IMG/VR virus record: IMGVR_UViG_3300047272_000137
Span: 1-34,231 of that record
Length of the DNA stretch: 34,231 nt
Source: a virus
Taxonomy: Duplodnaviria; Caudoviricetes
Strand: one strand, 5' to 3'
Below the pieces are notes generated by a model. It worked only from the letters and a program-made list of their open reading frames with translations, was not told the origin of the DNA and ran no database searches. Position numbers and translations under genes: made by a program. How positions within the stretch are numbered: position 1 is the first letter of the stretch; every line of letters begins with the position of its first letter. This document shows, piece after piece, positions 8,968 to 16,681 of the stretch.

Positions 8968-9378
8968 ATGGCCGAAGACTGGAAACTACAAGTCAACTAC
9001 AAGTTGGCAACAGGCGACCTCATCAACATCCGTGCTAACAGCGCTGATGAGTTGAGTGTTCTGCTTGAAGGCATTGGCGATTATGCTACGCAGATTCATG
9101 CTACGCAACGCCAACTACAGGGAGCAGGTACCCTAGCCCCCCTGTCGACTACCGATTCCACTACAAGCACCACGCCTCCGCCTTACTCAACTCCTCCCCA
9201 GGCGCAAGCGCCGTCCGCTATGGCTCCAACAGCAACCCCACAGCCACAATCGGGGCCAGTCTGCCAACACGGACCGCGAAAGTACAAGAGCGGAATCTCC
9301 AGCAAGACGGGAAACCCATACGCGATGTGGGTCTGTCCGATGCCTCAGGGCGCGGACCAGTGCAAGCCAGTAAACTAA
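8968..9378 (+). CDS. Hypothetical protein with Pro/Ala linker and C-terminal zinc-binding domain
   Basis: C-x-H...WVC...C motif after a low-complexity linker; lies between nuclease and helicase, so possibly ssDNA-binding or recombination related (inference). Confidence 0.5.
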   Translation: MAEDWKLQVNYKLATGDLINIRANSADELSVLLEGIGDYATQIHATQRQLQGAGTLAPLSTTDSTTSTTPPPYSTPPQAQAPSAMAPTATPQPQSGPVCQHGPRKYKSGISSKTGNPYAMWVCPMPQGADQCKPVN

Positions 9379-9421
9379 TAGACCAGCAATTTCCATTTTA
9401 AATAACTAGGAAGGGTGCAAG

Positions 9422-10204
9422 ATGAGAACTCTAGTACGTTCAGTAGGACGAGCCTCAATCGGCGGAGAACCCCTTCCTAGTTCATTTAAGGCATTCGAAG
9501 CGAACAAGATTATCATACGTCGTTCAGAAGTTTCTATGTTTGCGGGCGCACCAGGAGCAGGAAAATCAACGCTTGCTTTAGCCTTAGCACTCAAGACCAA
9601 TGTACCAACATTGTACATATCTGCAGATACCAATGCGCATACAATGGCGATGAGATTGGCATCTATGATTTCTGGGAAAAGTCAATCAGATGTCGAACAG
9701 AAACTTAATACTGATGTTGGCTGGACAAAAGCAGTCCTCCAAAGAGGAAGTCATATAGTCTGGTCCTTTGAATCGTCACCTACATTAGAAGACATTGATG
9801 AGGAAGTCCAAGCATTCGAAGAGTTATGGGGCTGTAGCCCATCTCTCATTGTCTTGGACAACCTCATGGATGTCGCAACAGATGGAGGCGAAGAGTTCGC
9901 TTCTATGAGAGCAATTATGAAGGAGTTGAAGTACCTTGCGAGAGCGACTAACGCTGCAATTGTGGTTTTACATCACACTTCGGAAGCAGTTCCTGGAAAT
10001 CCTTGCCAACCAAGAAGCGCTATCCAAGGAAAAGTTTCCCAACTCCCTGCTCTCATATGCACGCTCGGCACAGTTGGCACATCAATGGGCGTGGCATCAG
10101 TCAAGAATCGCTATGGAAGAGCCGATGCGAACGGAACGCTCATGACATGGTTAGCATTCAATCCAGAGTACATGTACATCGATGATATTCCAGAGAACGT
10201 ATAA
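9422..10204 (+). CDS. DnaB/RecA-family replicative helicase
   Basis: Walker A GAPGAGKST, Walker B LIVLDNL, VVLHH and KNRYG motifs. Confidence 0.85.
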   Translation: MRTLVRSVGRASIGGEPLPSSFKAFEANKIIIRRSEVSMFAGAPGAGKSTLALALALKTNVPTLYISADTNAHTMAMRLASMISGKSQSDVEQKLNTDVGWTKAVLQRGSHIVWSFESSPTLEDIDEEVQAFEELWGCSPSLIVLDNLMDVATDGGEEFASMRAIMKELKYLARATNAAIVVLHHTSEAVPGNPCQPRSAIQGKVSQLPALICTLGTVGTSMGVASVKNRYGRADANGTLMTWLAFNPEYMYIDDIPENV

Positions 10205-10575
10205 TGGCTACCAGAAAAACACACAAGGTTAGAGGAGCAACGTATGAAACCGACAGTAAAAACTGGTTTCGAGACAATGGATACGACTGTGAACGACTTG
10301 CTCGTCGAGGTTCAAAAGATGAGGGAGACCTTGTTGTCCGTGAAGACTTCCTTGGTAGCATTGGGATTATCGAATGTAAAGCCCCAGGGGCGGGCAACGC
10401 CATTGACCTTAGTGGGTGGACTAGAGAAGCGCAGGTAGAAGCAACTAACTATGCAGAAGCACGTGGCTTGGACCGTCAAGCAATACTTCCTGCAGTCCTC
10501 ATCAAAGCCCGAGGAAAATCAATAGCCGATTCGTATTTAGTATTTAGATTAGGAGATGTCTTTGGTGATGACTGA
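10204..10575 (+). CDS. Holliday junction resolvase-like PD-(D/E)XK nuclease
   Basis: K.RG..YE ... DEGDL ... IIECK pattern. Confidence 0.75.
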   Translation: MATRKTHKVRGATYETDSKNWFRDNGYDCERLARRGSKDEGDLVVREDFLGSIGIIECKAPGAGNAIDLSGWTREAQVEATNYAEARGLDRQAILPAVLIKARGKSIADSYLVFRLGDVFGDD

Positions 10576-10936
10576 TGACCTACCAGATATTGTGGACGTG
10601 TTGAAGCACTACGGCGCTATCATCAATCGTACAAGCGGTCAGGTCAACGTCAAATGTCCGTTCCACAATGACTCTCATGCAAGTGCAAGTTTCAATACAA
10701 GACAGAACATTTTTAATTGCTTCGCGTGTGGTATGCAAGGCAATAGCATTCAAATAATTGCGAGAAAAGAAGGGTGCGATATACGTGAAGCAAAGTCAAT
10801 CGCAGAAGGAATTACTGGGCAGGGCGACAGCCAACTACGCGGAAAGTATTCATCTGGCCGAAGATTACCTAGCAAGTCGGGGAATCACAAGGGAAGCAGC
10901 ACGGCAGGCGCGATTAGGCGTAGTAGAAGCGCCTGA
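10568..10936 (+). CDS. DNA primase zinc-binding (CHC2) subunit
   Basis: CPFHND..ASAS.....FNCFACG motif. Confidence 0.85.
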   Translation: MTDDLPDIVDVLKHYGAIINRTSGQVNVKCPFHNDSHASASFNTRQNIFNCFACGMQGNSIQIIARKEGCDIREAKSIAEGITGQGDSQLRGKYSSGRRLPSKSGNHKGSSTAGAIRRSRSA

Positions 10937-11411
10937 GCCTGGACATGAACAATACACAGGACGGCTCAGCATTCCGTATATTACAAAGACTGGCGTTGTT
11001 GACCTTCGCTTCCGCTCACTTAACCCTGCTGTTGAACCGAAGTATATGGGTATGGTTGGTGCTGATACTCGCATGTATAACGTACTTGATATCGAGCGTG
11101 CTGGTGATTGGATTGGAGTCTGTGAGGGAGAACTTGACACGCTTACTATGTCTCGCTTGGTTGGAATTCCCTGCGTTGGCGTTCCTGGAGCAAACTCTTG
11201 GAAGAAGCACTATACACGCCTCCTTGCAGATTTCGAACGCATCTTCGTCTTCGCCGACGGTGATGCCCCAGGCCGTGAGTTCGCCGCCTCCCTCGCAAGA
11301 GAGTTACCAGTCACGACGGTATCGTTTGGAGATGGAGAGGATGTTAACTCAGTATACATTCGACACGGGGCCGACTACATACGAGAAAAGATGGGACTAA
11401 ACGTTGATTGA
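10785..11411 (+). CDS. DNA primase TOPRIM catalytic subunit
   Basis: YLASRGI, GRLSIPY, PKY, CEGELD, FADGDAPG and DVN motifs; GTG 10785 preferred as start (frame open from 10758). Confidence 0.85.
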   Translation: MKQSQSQKELLGRATANYAESIHLAEDYLASRGITREAARQARLGVVEAPEPGHEQYTGRLSIPYITKTGVVDLRFRSLNPAVEPKYMGMVGADTRMYNVLDIERAGDWIGVCEGELDTLTMSRLVGIPCVGVPGANSWKKHYTRLLADFERIFVFADGDAPGREFAASLARELPVTTVSFGDGEDVNSVYIRHGADYIREKMGLNVD

Positions 11412-11751
11412 GATTCCACAGTGCAAGATATGCGGTACTAACTTTGATAACATCTTTGATGCAATCAATCATCTCGCAGAAGATGACGATGAAATCTTTG
11501 AGCCTGTGTACCAACTGCCTAGCGGTTACGCGTTAATGCTCGGCTCTTTACTAGAAGAACTTTATCATAATGCAGATAAACCTGATACTATCAGGGAGAT
11601 AACAGAGATTACCTACGCTACCTTGTACGCTGCGCAGACCGACGTTACTCAGATGAAAGGTCTAGTGCATGAGGCAATCATTAACCAGCACATGTCAGCA
11701 ATTGATGAAGAACTTAAAGAACTACTGGAAGGGGACGACAATGATGATTGA
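11404..11751 (+). CDS. Hypothetical protein (C2H-type zinc-binding N-terminus)
   Basis: CKICG....F.....H; acidic; coupled to its neighbours. Confidence 0.55.
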   Translation: MIEIPQCKICGTNFDNIFDAINHLAEDDDEIFEPVYQLPSGYALMLGSLLEELYHNADKPDTIREITEITYATLYAAQTDVTQMKGLVHEAIINQHMSAIDEELKELLEGDDNDD

Positions 11752-12082
11752 CAAGAAGTTCGAGCCACACTTGGTCCGCGAGGTCCATCTGGAAACCCAC
11801 ATGGGTAGCACGGTCAAGGAGTTAACTGACCTGTTGCTAAGCAAACATCGTGACTACGGCCCTAAGAATATCTCATTGGCTCCTGGTGGAGCAATCAATG
11901 GGCTACGAGTTCGTATGCACGACAAGTTAGCACGTATCAATAACCTAGTTGATAGCGGTGCTGACCCTGAGCATGAAAGCATTGAAGATTCATTTAAGGA
12001 TATGGCAAACTATGCAATCATTGGATTGCTTGTACTGAGAGGACAATGGGATGAAGATATTCGGCCCGTACAAGGGAAGTAA
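11741..12082 (+). CDS. Nucleotide modification associated domain 1 (DUF1599-like, MazG-like fold)
   Basis: KHRDYG..N ... RMHDKLARINNL ... ESIEDSFKDMANYAII signature. Confidence 0.75.
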   Translation: MMIDKKFEPHLVREVHLETHMGSTVKELTDLLLSKHRDYGPKNISLAPGGAINGLRVRMHDKLARINNLVDSGADPEHESIEDSFKDMANYAIIGLLVLRGQWDEDIRPVQGK

Positions 12083-12374
12083 ACAGAATGGTGGCAGACC
12101 CATCTATGTTTTCAAACGTAAGAAAAAGAATGGCGAAACTGTTACGACATCTAGCAATAAGGCTCGCGTTGATTACGAAAAGACTACAGGCAAGACGTTA
12201 CCTCGCACCACTGACGTGGACCACAAAGACAATGGTGGCAGGGCTGGTCGTGATGGCCATAGCAATCTCCAAGCGATGAGCCATTCGGCTAACGTTGCTA
12301 AAGAGAACAAGCGTCGCGCTAAGAAGGCTCCAGTTAAAAAGACTACTAAGAAAGCGGTTAAGAAGAAGCCATGA
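12051..12374 (+). CDS. HNH endonuclease-like protein with Lys-rich tail
   Basis: DVDHKDNGG....D..SNLQAMSH..N motif. Confidence 0.65.
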   Translation: MKIFGPYKGSKQNGGRPIYVFKRKKKNGETVTTSSNKARVDYEKTTGKTLPRTTDVDHKDNGGRAGRDGHSNLQAMSHSANVAKENKRRAKKAPVKKTTKKAVKKKP

Positions 12375-13114
12375 AAACAATAGTCTGTGTATCCGATTTG
12401 CAAATACCTTACCACGATAAGCGTGCCGTAGCCAACCTCGCTGCCTTCATCAAGGCTTACAAGCCAACTGAGGTAGTATCGGTCGGAGACGAAATGGATA
12501 TGCAGACCATTTCAAAATGGTCCAAGGGGACACCTTTGGAGTATGAACGTTCCATCGGACGGGATAGGGACGAAACAACTCGGGTGCTCGAGTCGCTCAA
12601 GGTCAAGCATATCATTCGGTCAAACCACACGGACCGTTTGTATAACACAGTTATGATGCGTGCTCCTGGGTTACTCGGGCTCCCTGAGTTGGACCTTCCA
12701 CAGTTCTTGCGCCTACCAGATATCGGTGCTACATACCATGAGAAGCCATATGAGTTGGCTCCTAACTGGTTGCTTATGCACGGTGATGAAGGCTCTATGA
12801 AGTCTATTGGAGGGCTTACAGCCCTTGGTCTAGCCATGCGTACAGGTAAGTCTGTAGTCTGCGGTCATACGCACCGCATGGGTCTATCTCACAATACCCA
12901 ATCATACGGTTCGTCTTCTCCTCAAACCGTCTGGGGTATGGAGGTTGGAAACCTCATGAAGTATAAGGAAGCAAAGTATATTAAGGGTGGACTATTCACG
13001 TGGCAACAAGGCTTCGGTATGTTGTACGTTGATGGTCGTACTGTAGTGCCAGTTACAATTCCAATCGCTAAAGATGGGTCGTTCATTGTGGAAGGAAAGG
13101 TATGGGGTCGATGA
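12371..13114 (+). CDS. Calcineurin-like metallophosphoesterase
   Basis: SDLQIPYHD, GDEMD, SNH, MHGD and GHTHR motifs. Confidence 0.85.
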   Translation: MKTIVCVSDLQIPYHDKRAVANLAAFIKAYKPTEVVSVGDEMDMQTISKWSKGTPLEYERSIGRDRDETTRVLESLKVKHIIRSNHTDRLYNTVMMRAPGLLGLPELDLPQFLRLPDIGATYHEKPYELAPNWLLMHGDEGSMKSIGGLTALGLAMRTGKSVVCGHTHRMGLSHNTQSYGSSSPQTVWGMEVGNLMKYKEAKYIKGGLFTWQQGFGMLYVDGRTVVPVTIPIAKDGSFIVEGKVWGR

Positions 13115-13233
13115 CAAAAATTTATCAAGGCCAGATATCGGCTATCTGCCCCGACTGCGGAAAATTTGTGACTCTTAATAAACCTTTATTGGGTTCTTGG
13201 CATTTTTGTGATGCAAAGGAAGGTATGAAGTGA
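13111..13233 (+). CDS. Small zinc-finger protein (40 aa)
   Basis: MTKIYQGQISAICPDCGKFVTLNKPLLGSWHFCDAKEGMK*; overlaps both neighbours by 4 nt. Confidence 0.55.
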   Translation: MTKIYQGQISAICPDCGKFVTLNKPLLGSWHFCDAKEGMK

Positions 13234-13913
13234 ACTGGGAACGTATCAGCAAGTGGGAGTACATTATTTCCCATGTTGCAGATGAATATCGTGGTAAGTT
13301 CAATATGATTGACCGCGATGACATCAAGCAGTCGCTTTATGAATGGTTTGTGTTGCACCCAGTAAAGATGTCTGAGTGGGAGAAGTTAGGCCATCGCTCA
13401 ATGCAGAATTTATTGTACCGTTCACTTCGTAATCAGGCGTTGGACTATTGCCAACTATGGAAAGCGAAGACACTTGGGTACGAACTATCTGATGTCTTCT
13501 TCTATGATGCTGCTGTTGTTGAGGCTATCTTGCCAGCAGTGCTACGTGGTGATGTGACTGAGGCTCCTAAGTTAAATCTAGGAATGCCAGGAAGACCATC
13601 TGCTCCCTCCGAAGGAGGAAACCTGATGGCTATGATGGCTGAGATTAAGGCTGGCTTTATAAAGTTAAGTGATGAGGATAGAAACATTCTCTATCGTAAG
13701 CATGCTGACTCGCTTACATATGGTGCTATTGCAGAAGAACTTGCGTTGCCTAGTGATGATGCTGCCAGAATGCGCCATAAGCGTGCAATCAAAAGACTGA
13801 TTACACGCCTTGGCGGATTCCGACCTTGGCTAGATAAAGACGAAGCACAAGAGGTAGGGCAGGATGAACCCAATGGAGATGAAGATAGTGAGCAGAGACA
13901 AGAAGCCGATTAA
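13230..13913 (+). CDS. Phage RNA polymerase sigma-factor-like protein
   Basis: Region-2-like DDIKQSLYEWF...LRNQALDYC and region-4-like LSDEDRNIL....TYGAIAEEL.....ARMRHKRAIKRL. Confidence 0.75.
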   Translation: MNWERISKWEYIISHVADEYRGKFNMIDRDDIKQSLYEWFVLHPVKMSEWEKLGHRSMQNLLYRSLRNQALDYCQLWKAKTLGYELSDVFFYDAAVVEAILPAVLRGDVTEAPKLNLGMPGRPSAPSEGGNLMAMMAEIKAGFIKLSDEDRNILYRKHADSLTYGAIAEELALPSDDAARMRHKRAIKRLITRLGGFRPWLDKDEAQEVGQDEPNGDEDSEQRQEAD

Positions 13914-13920
13914 AGTCTCC

Positions 13921-14346
13921 TTATCCATACGTCTCCCTTAGAAAGTTCTCATGCTGTTCTTGTATCTCGATATTATGCAGTCGCCTAATGCACTCTAGCA
14001 ACCCTCCTGGGGTAATGAGATAGCCCTTGGAGGGATTAGGCTGTATGTTGCAGGTGATAGGTTTGCCGATATCAGGTAAGGATTCTTTCAGTCGATAGGT
14101 TGGAACTATTACTACCGAATCCTCAAGCACGAAACCCCAATGTGTAGCCTTGCTTACGTTGATGCCAGATGGCTTCCAAGCATCATCGTTTACGTAGTAA
14201 CACTCTGTCTCGATATAGATATTACCTGTCTCAATCCACCGCCTATCGGTTTTGACTTCGACAGTATCAATGTGCAGTAGGTCTGCCACCTTGCTCTCTC
14301 CTGCTATGCCATCCCTATAGTCTAGGTCCCAACTTGAGTTCTTCAT
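13921..14346 (-). CDS. PD-(D/E)XK nuclease-like protein
   Basis: VEVKTD.....TGNIYIETEC...KPSGI..SKA.HW; ATG 14346 has a GGAGGAG RBS. Confidence 0.6.
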   Translation of the reverse strand: MKNSSWDLDYRDGIAGESKVADLLHIDTVEVKTDRRWIETGNIYIETECYYVNDDAWKPSGINVSKATHWGFVLEDSVVIVPTYRLKESLPDIGKPITCNIQPNPSKGYLITPGGLLECIRRLHNIEIQEQHENFLRETYG

Positions 14347-14456
14347 TGCTCCTCCAGATATTTCTTGAACGCATTGTCCCAATCGTAGTTGTCAAAGTAC
14401 TCCGCTATTCCTTCGCATATGCTATTGCGTAACTCTTGCATCTCGTCTTCCGTCAC
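14343..14456 (-). CDS. Small acidic hypothetical protein (37 aa)
   Basis: MTEDEMQELRNSICEGIAEYFDNYDWDNAFKKYLEEQ*; fills the gap, with AGGAGG RBS and ATGA coupling. Confidence 0.55.
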   Translation of the reverse strand: MTEDEMQELRNSICEGIAEYFDNYDWDNAFKKYLEEQ

Positions 14457-14633
14457 TTAGCCTCCTGTCGAATAGAATCCGCTACCATTGAACTTGACTG
14501 GTGCAGCGTGGTACACGCGAGCCATAGGTTCATTGCACGTATCACAGTACGGTACAATCTCCTCCTCGGTCATACCCCTGCTGATTGTAGTGACAGTGTC
14601 GTCCTCACTACACCTGTATTCGTATGTTGCCAT
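14457..14633 (-). CDS. FmdB-family zinc-ribbon regulatory protein
   Basis: MATYEYRC...CDTC..PMARVY....VKFNGSGFYST signature. Confidence 0.8.
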   Translation of the reverse strand: MATYEYRCSEDDTVTTISRGMTEEEIVPYCDTCNEPMARVYHAAPVKFNGSGFYSTGG

Positions 14634-15019
14634 CAGTACCAACCTTTCTTCTGATGAAACTTCCATGCCATGCATGGTGTGCCGTAACGATGCATGATGT
14701 AGGCAAAGCCTCGGTCAATCTGCATCGGTGCTGGGGTATCGACAGACATTCCTAGTATCTGTGGGATACCGCCAGCGTTCTTACCCATAACCTTTATCTT
14801 ATTGTACGCCTCAGGTCTCCAGTTGGATTCCTTGTGCCACAACTTCTCAAGGCATAGGTATTGATTGTCAGCCCATGCTTGGATAGTATCCTTGGCATAG
14901 GACTTGCTATCTAGTATGGTCCACTCACGTACGACTGGCTTCTCTGTTCGGTTAGCCGAACGGTCCAACAGTGTTACTGTCAGCAGTACGGCAAGCAATA
15001 GGACTAACTTTCTTATCAT
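14633..15019 (-). CDS. Membrane-anchored lytic transglycosylase (SLT-like)
   Basis: N-terminal hydrophobic anchor; CLEKLWHKESNW, GIPQ, QIDRG..YI..RYGTPC.AW..H...GWY. Confidence 0.8.
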   Translation of the reverse strand: MIRKLVLLLAVLLTVTLLDRSANRTEKPVVREWTILDSKSYAKDTIQAWADNQYLCLEKLWHKESNWRPEAYNKIKVMGKNAGGIPQILGMSVDTPAPMQIDRGFAYIMHRYGTPCMAWKFHQKKGWY

Positions 15020-15020
15020 G

Positions 15021-15380
15021 TTACCTCCGAACCAAGGGTGACAACACTCGGTAACTAATGAGTGCTCTGCCTTGGTCACTTAGTTTAGTGAAGGTCTTCC
15101 CACTGAGCATGACACGCTCACCTGCAAGCATACCACCCCAAATGCCGAAGCCCAAGTTTTCATGCTCCATGCCTGCTTTCAGGCACTCGGCTTTCTTAGG
15201 GCATGAGTCACACAGTGCCAAAGCCCTACGTGTCTCTGCTACTAGCCTAGCGGTGTTCCTCTCAGAGCGAGCACCTTGTGGTACATCAGGGAACCACGCA
15301 TCGGGATTAGAATCCCCATAGCAATTCCCCAATACTTCATCAGTCTTCGAACCATGAGTCGTGTTGGCTGTCAGGGTCAT
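15021..15380 (-). CDS. whiB: WhiB-family Fe-S transcription factor
   Basis: C......DAWFP ... LCDSCP...EC ... GIWGG four-Cys WhiB signature; start uncertain (15380 or 15332). Confidence 0.85.
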   Translation of the reverse strand: MTLTANTTHGSKTDEVLGNCYGDSNPDAWFPDVPQGARSERNTARLVAETRRALALCDSCPKKAECLKAGMEHENLGFGIWGGMLAGERVMLSGKTFTKLSDQGRALISYRVLSPLVRR

Positions 15381-15456
15381 CCTCGTATTCCTCCTCTTCG
15401 TCATCGTCCAGTCCTAAGGCGAAGTCATCGCCCTCTAAGTACCTTGGCTCACTCAC
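15340..15456 (-). CDS. Very acidic micro-protein (38 aa)
   Basis: MSEPRYLEGDDFALGLDDDEEEEYEDDPDSQHDSWFED*; GTG start overlaps the upstream gene end. Confidence 0.5.
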   Translation of the reverse strand: MSEPRYLEGDDFALGLDDDEEEEYEDDPDSQHDSWFED

Positions 15457-15652
15457 CTGCTACCCCCGCATCTGTCGCATCACCGACTGTTGGAATGTCT
15501 ATACGTATTGCATCGAACGTTGCATTGGCTAGATATGCATGTCCGTAGTTATCTTGCACACAGTCCTTGGCAATCTTGATTGCCTCATCTGCATTGACAT
15601 TGAGGAACTCGTATCTGTCCCTGTGGTGTACGTCGACTATGAATCTGCTCAT
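15449..15652 (-). CDS. Hypothetical protein (67 aa)
   Basis: GGGAGG RBS and ATGA coupling within the leftward operon. Confidence 0.6.
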   Translation of the reverse strand: MSRFIVDVHHRDRYEFLNVNADEAIKIAKDCVQDNYGHAYLANATFDAIRIDIPTVGDATDAGVAGE

Positions 15653-15801
15653 GCTACCTCCCTTAGTAGTAATCGGACTTCCGCTATGCGTGCATTGTGT
15701 ATCTTCTCGTACTCCGCTCTGGTGGTTCCAGTAGTGGATGTCAATAGTTGTAGGTAGTCAATGAGAACTTCCCGCAACTTTTCTTTCTGTTCGGTTGTCA
15801 T
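15649..15801 (-). CDS. Hypothetical protein (50 aa)
   Basis: MTTEQKEKLREVLIDYLQLLTSTTGTTRAEYEKIHNARIAEVRLLLREVA*; RBS AGGAGG. Confidence 0.6.
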   Translation of the reverse strand: MTTEQKEKLREVLIDYLQLLTSTTGTTRAEYEKIHNARIAEVRLLLREVA

Positions 15802-15849
15802 GCTTCCTCCTGTAGTTTGTGTCGGACCTGTTCGGTTAACCGAATGGTC

Positions 15850-16680
15850 TTAGTTACCAAAGTCGAATGTCTGGTCATAGTACCAAGGCTCCTTTCGCTG
15901 TGCCATGAGTACCTTGTCGTGCTGTGGTGTCCAGCATAGGCAAGTATCTTCGTATGAACCATAGCAATCATAGCATGTATAGCACATCTCGCAGTAGTAA
16001 GGATTGGAATCCTCGAAGGCGATAGTACCACACCTAGTGCATTCGCTATTGTCAATGATGTCCTCGGACTCTACATCTTTGAGAGGCGTAGAGAAGTAGG
16101 TAGATGATGTCCATGTAGATGGCTTGTAGCCATTGTTAGACCACCACATGCCCTCGTTGTCCCAGTGACCAGCAGACTCGTTGATGATGTAGCACTGCTC
16201 CTTGGCACGTGGGTCAAGAGTGAACACTACAATCTTGCTACCTACCGACCATGTGCTGAGCATCTTCCATACGTGGTCATCATCAAGGGCGGTGACACCA
16301 CCCATGGCAGGGAGAGTATCCTCTGCAAAGATACGCGTATCGCTACGCTTATCGCCAGCACCAATCTTGATGTCGAGGATACCATTGTGTGCAAGGTATG
16401 TCTGAGGATTGCTAGGCACCTTGAATGGGTGGCAGTTCTCCTCGTTCTTGACACCATGCGTAGCATAGCGAGCGTGGAACATAGCCCAACTATTTGGATG
16501 CTCCTTGCGTACTTCTAGGAACTGCTTGATGACTTTCTTGGCTGACATACCACGACCAGTGACAATGCCATTGGGCGTGATGACTGCAAAGCCGAAGCCG
16601 TGCGGATTGTTGCATGATGCACACTCAAGGTCTTTCTTCTTGGGTGTTGAGTTAGGTGATGCTACGACGAGAAGGCACAT
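15850..16680 (-). CDS. Class II (Ntn) glutamine amidotransferase with C-terminal Cys-rich domain
   Basis: Starts M-C (catalytic Cys1); NPHGFG, HARYATHG, NCHPF, HNG and SDT motifs. Confidence 0.85.
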   Translation of the reverse strand: MCLLVVASPNSTPKKKDLECASCNNPHGFGFAVITPNGIVTGRGMSAKKVIKQFLEVRKEHPNSWAMFHARYATHGVKNEENCHPFKVPSNPQTYLAHNGILDIKIGAGDKRSDTRIFAEDTLPAMGGVTALDDDHVWKMLSTWSVGSKIVVFTLDPRAKEQCYIINESAGHWDNEGMWWSNNGYKPSTWTSSTYFSTPLKDVESEDIIDNSECTRCGTIAFEDSNPYYCEMCYTCYDCYGSYEDTCLCWTPQHDKVLMAQRKEPWYYDQTFDFGN

Positions 16681-16681
16681 G

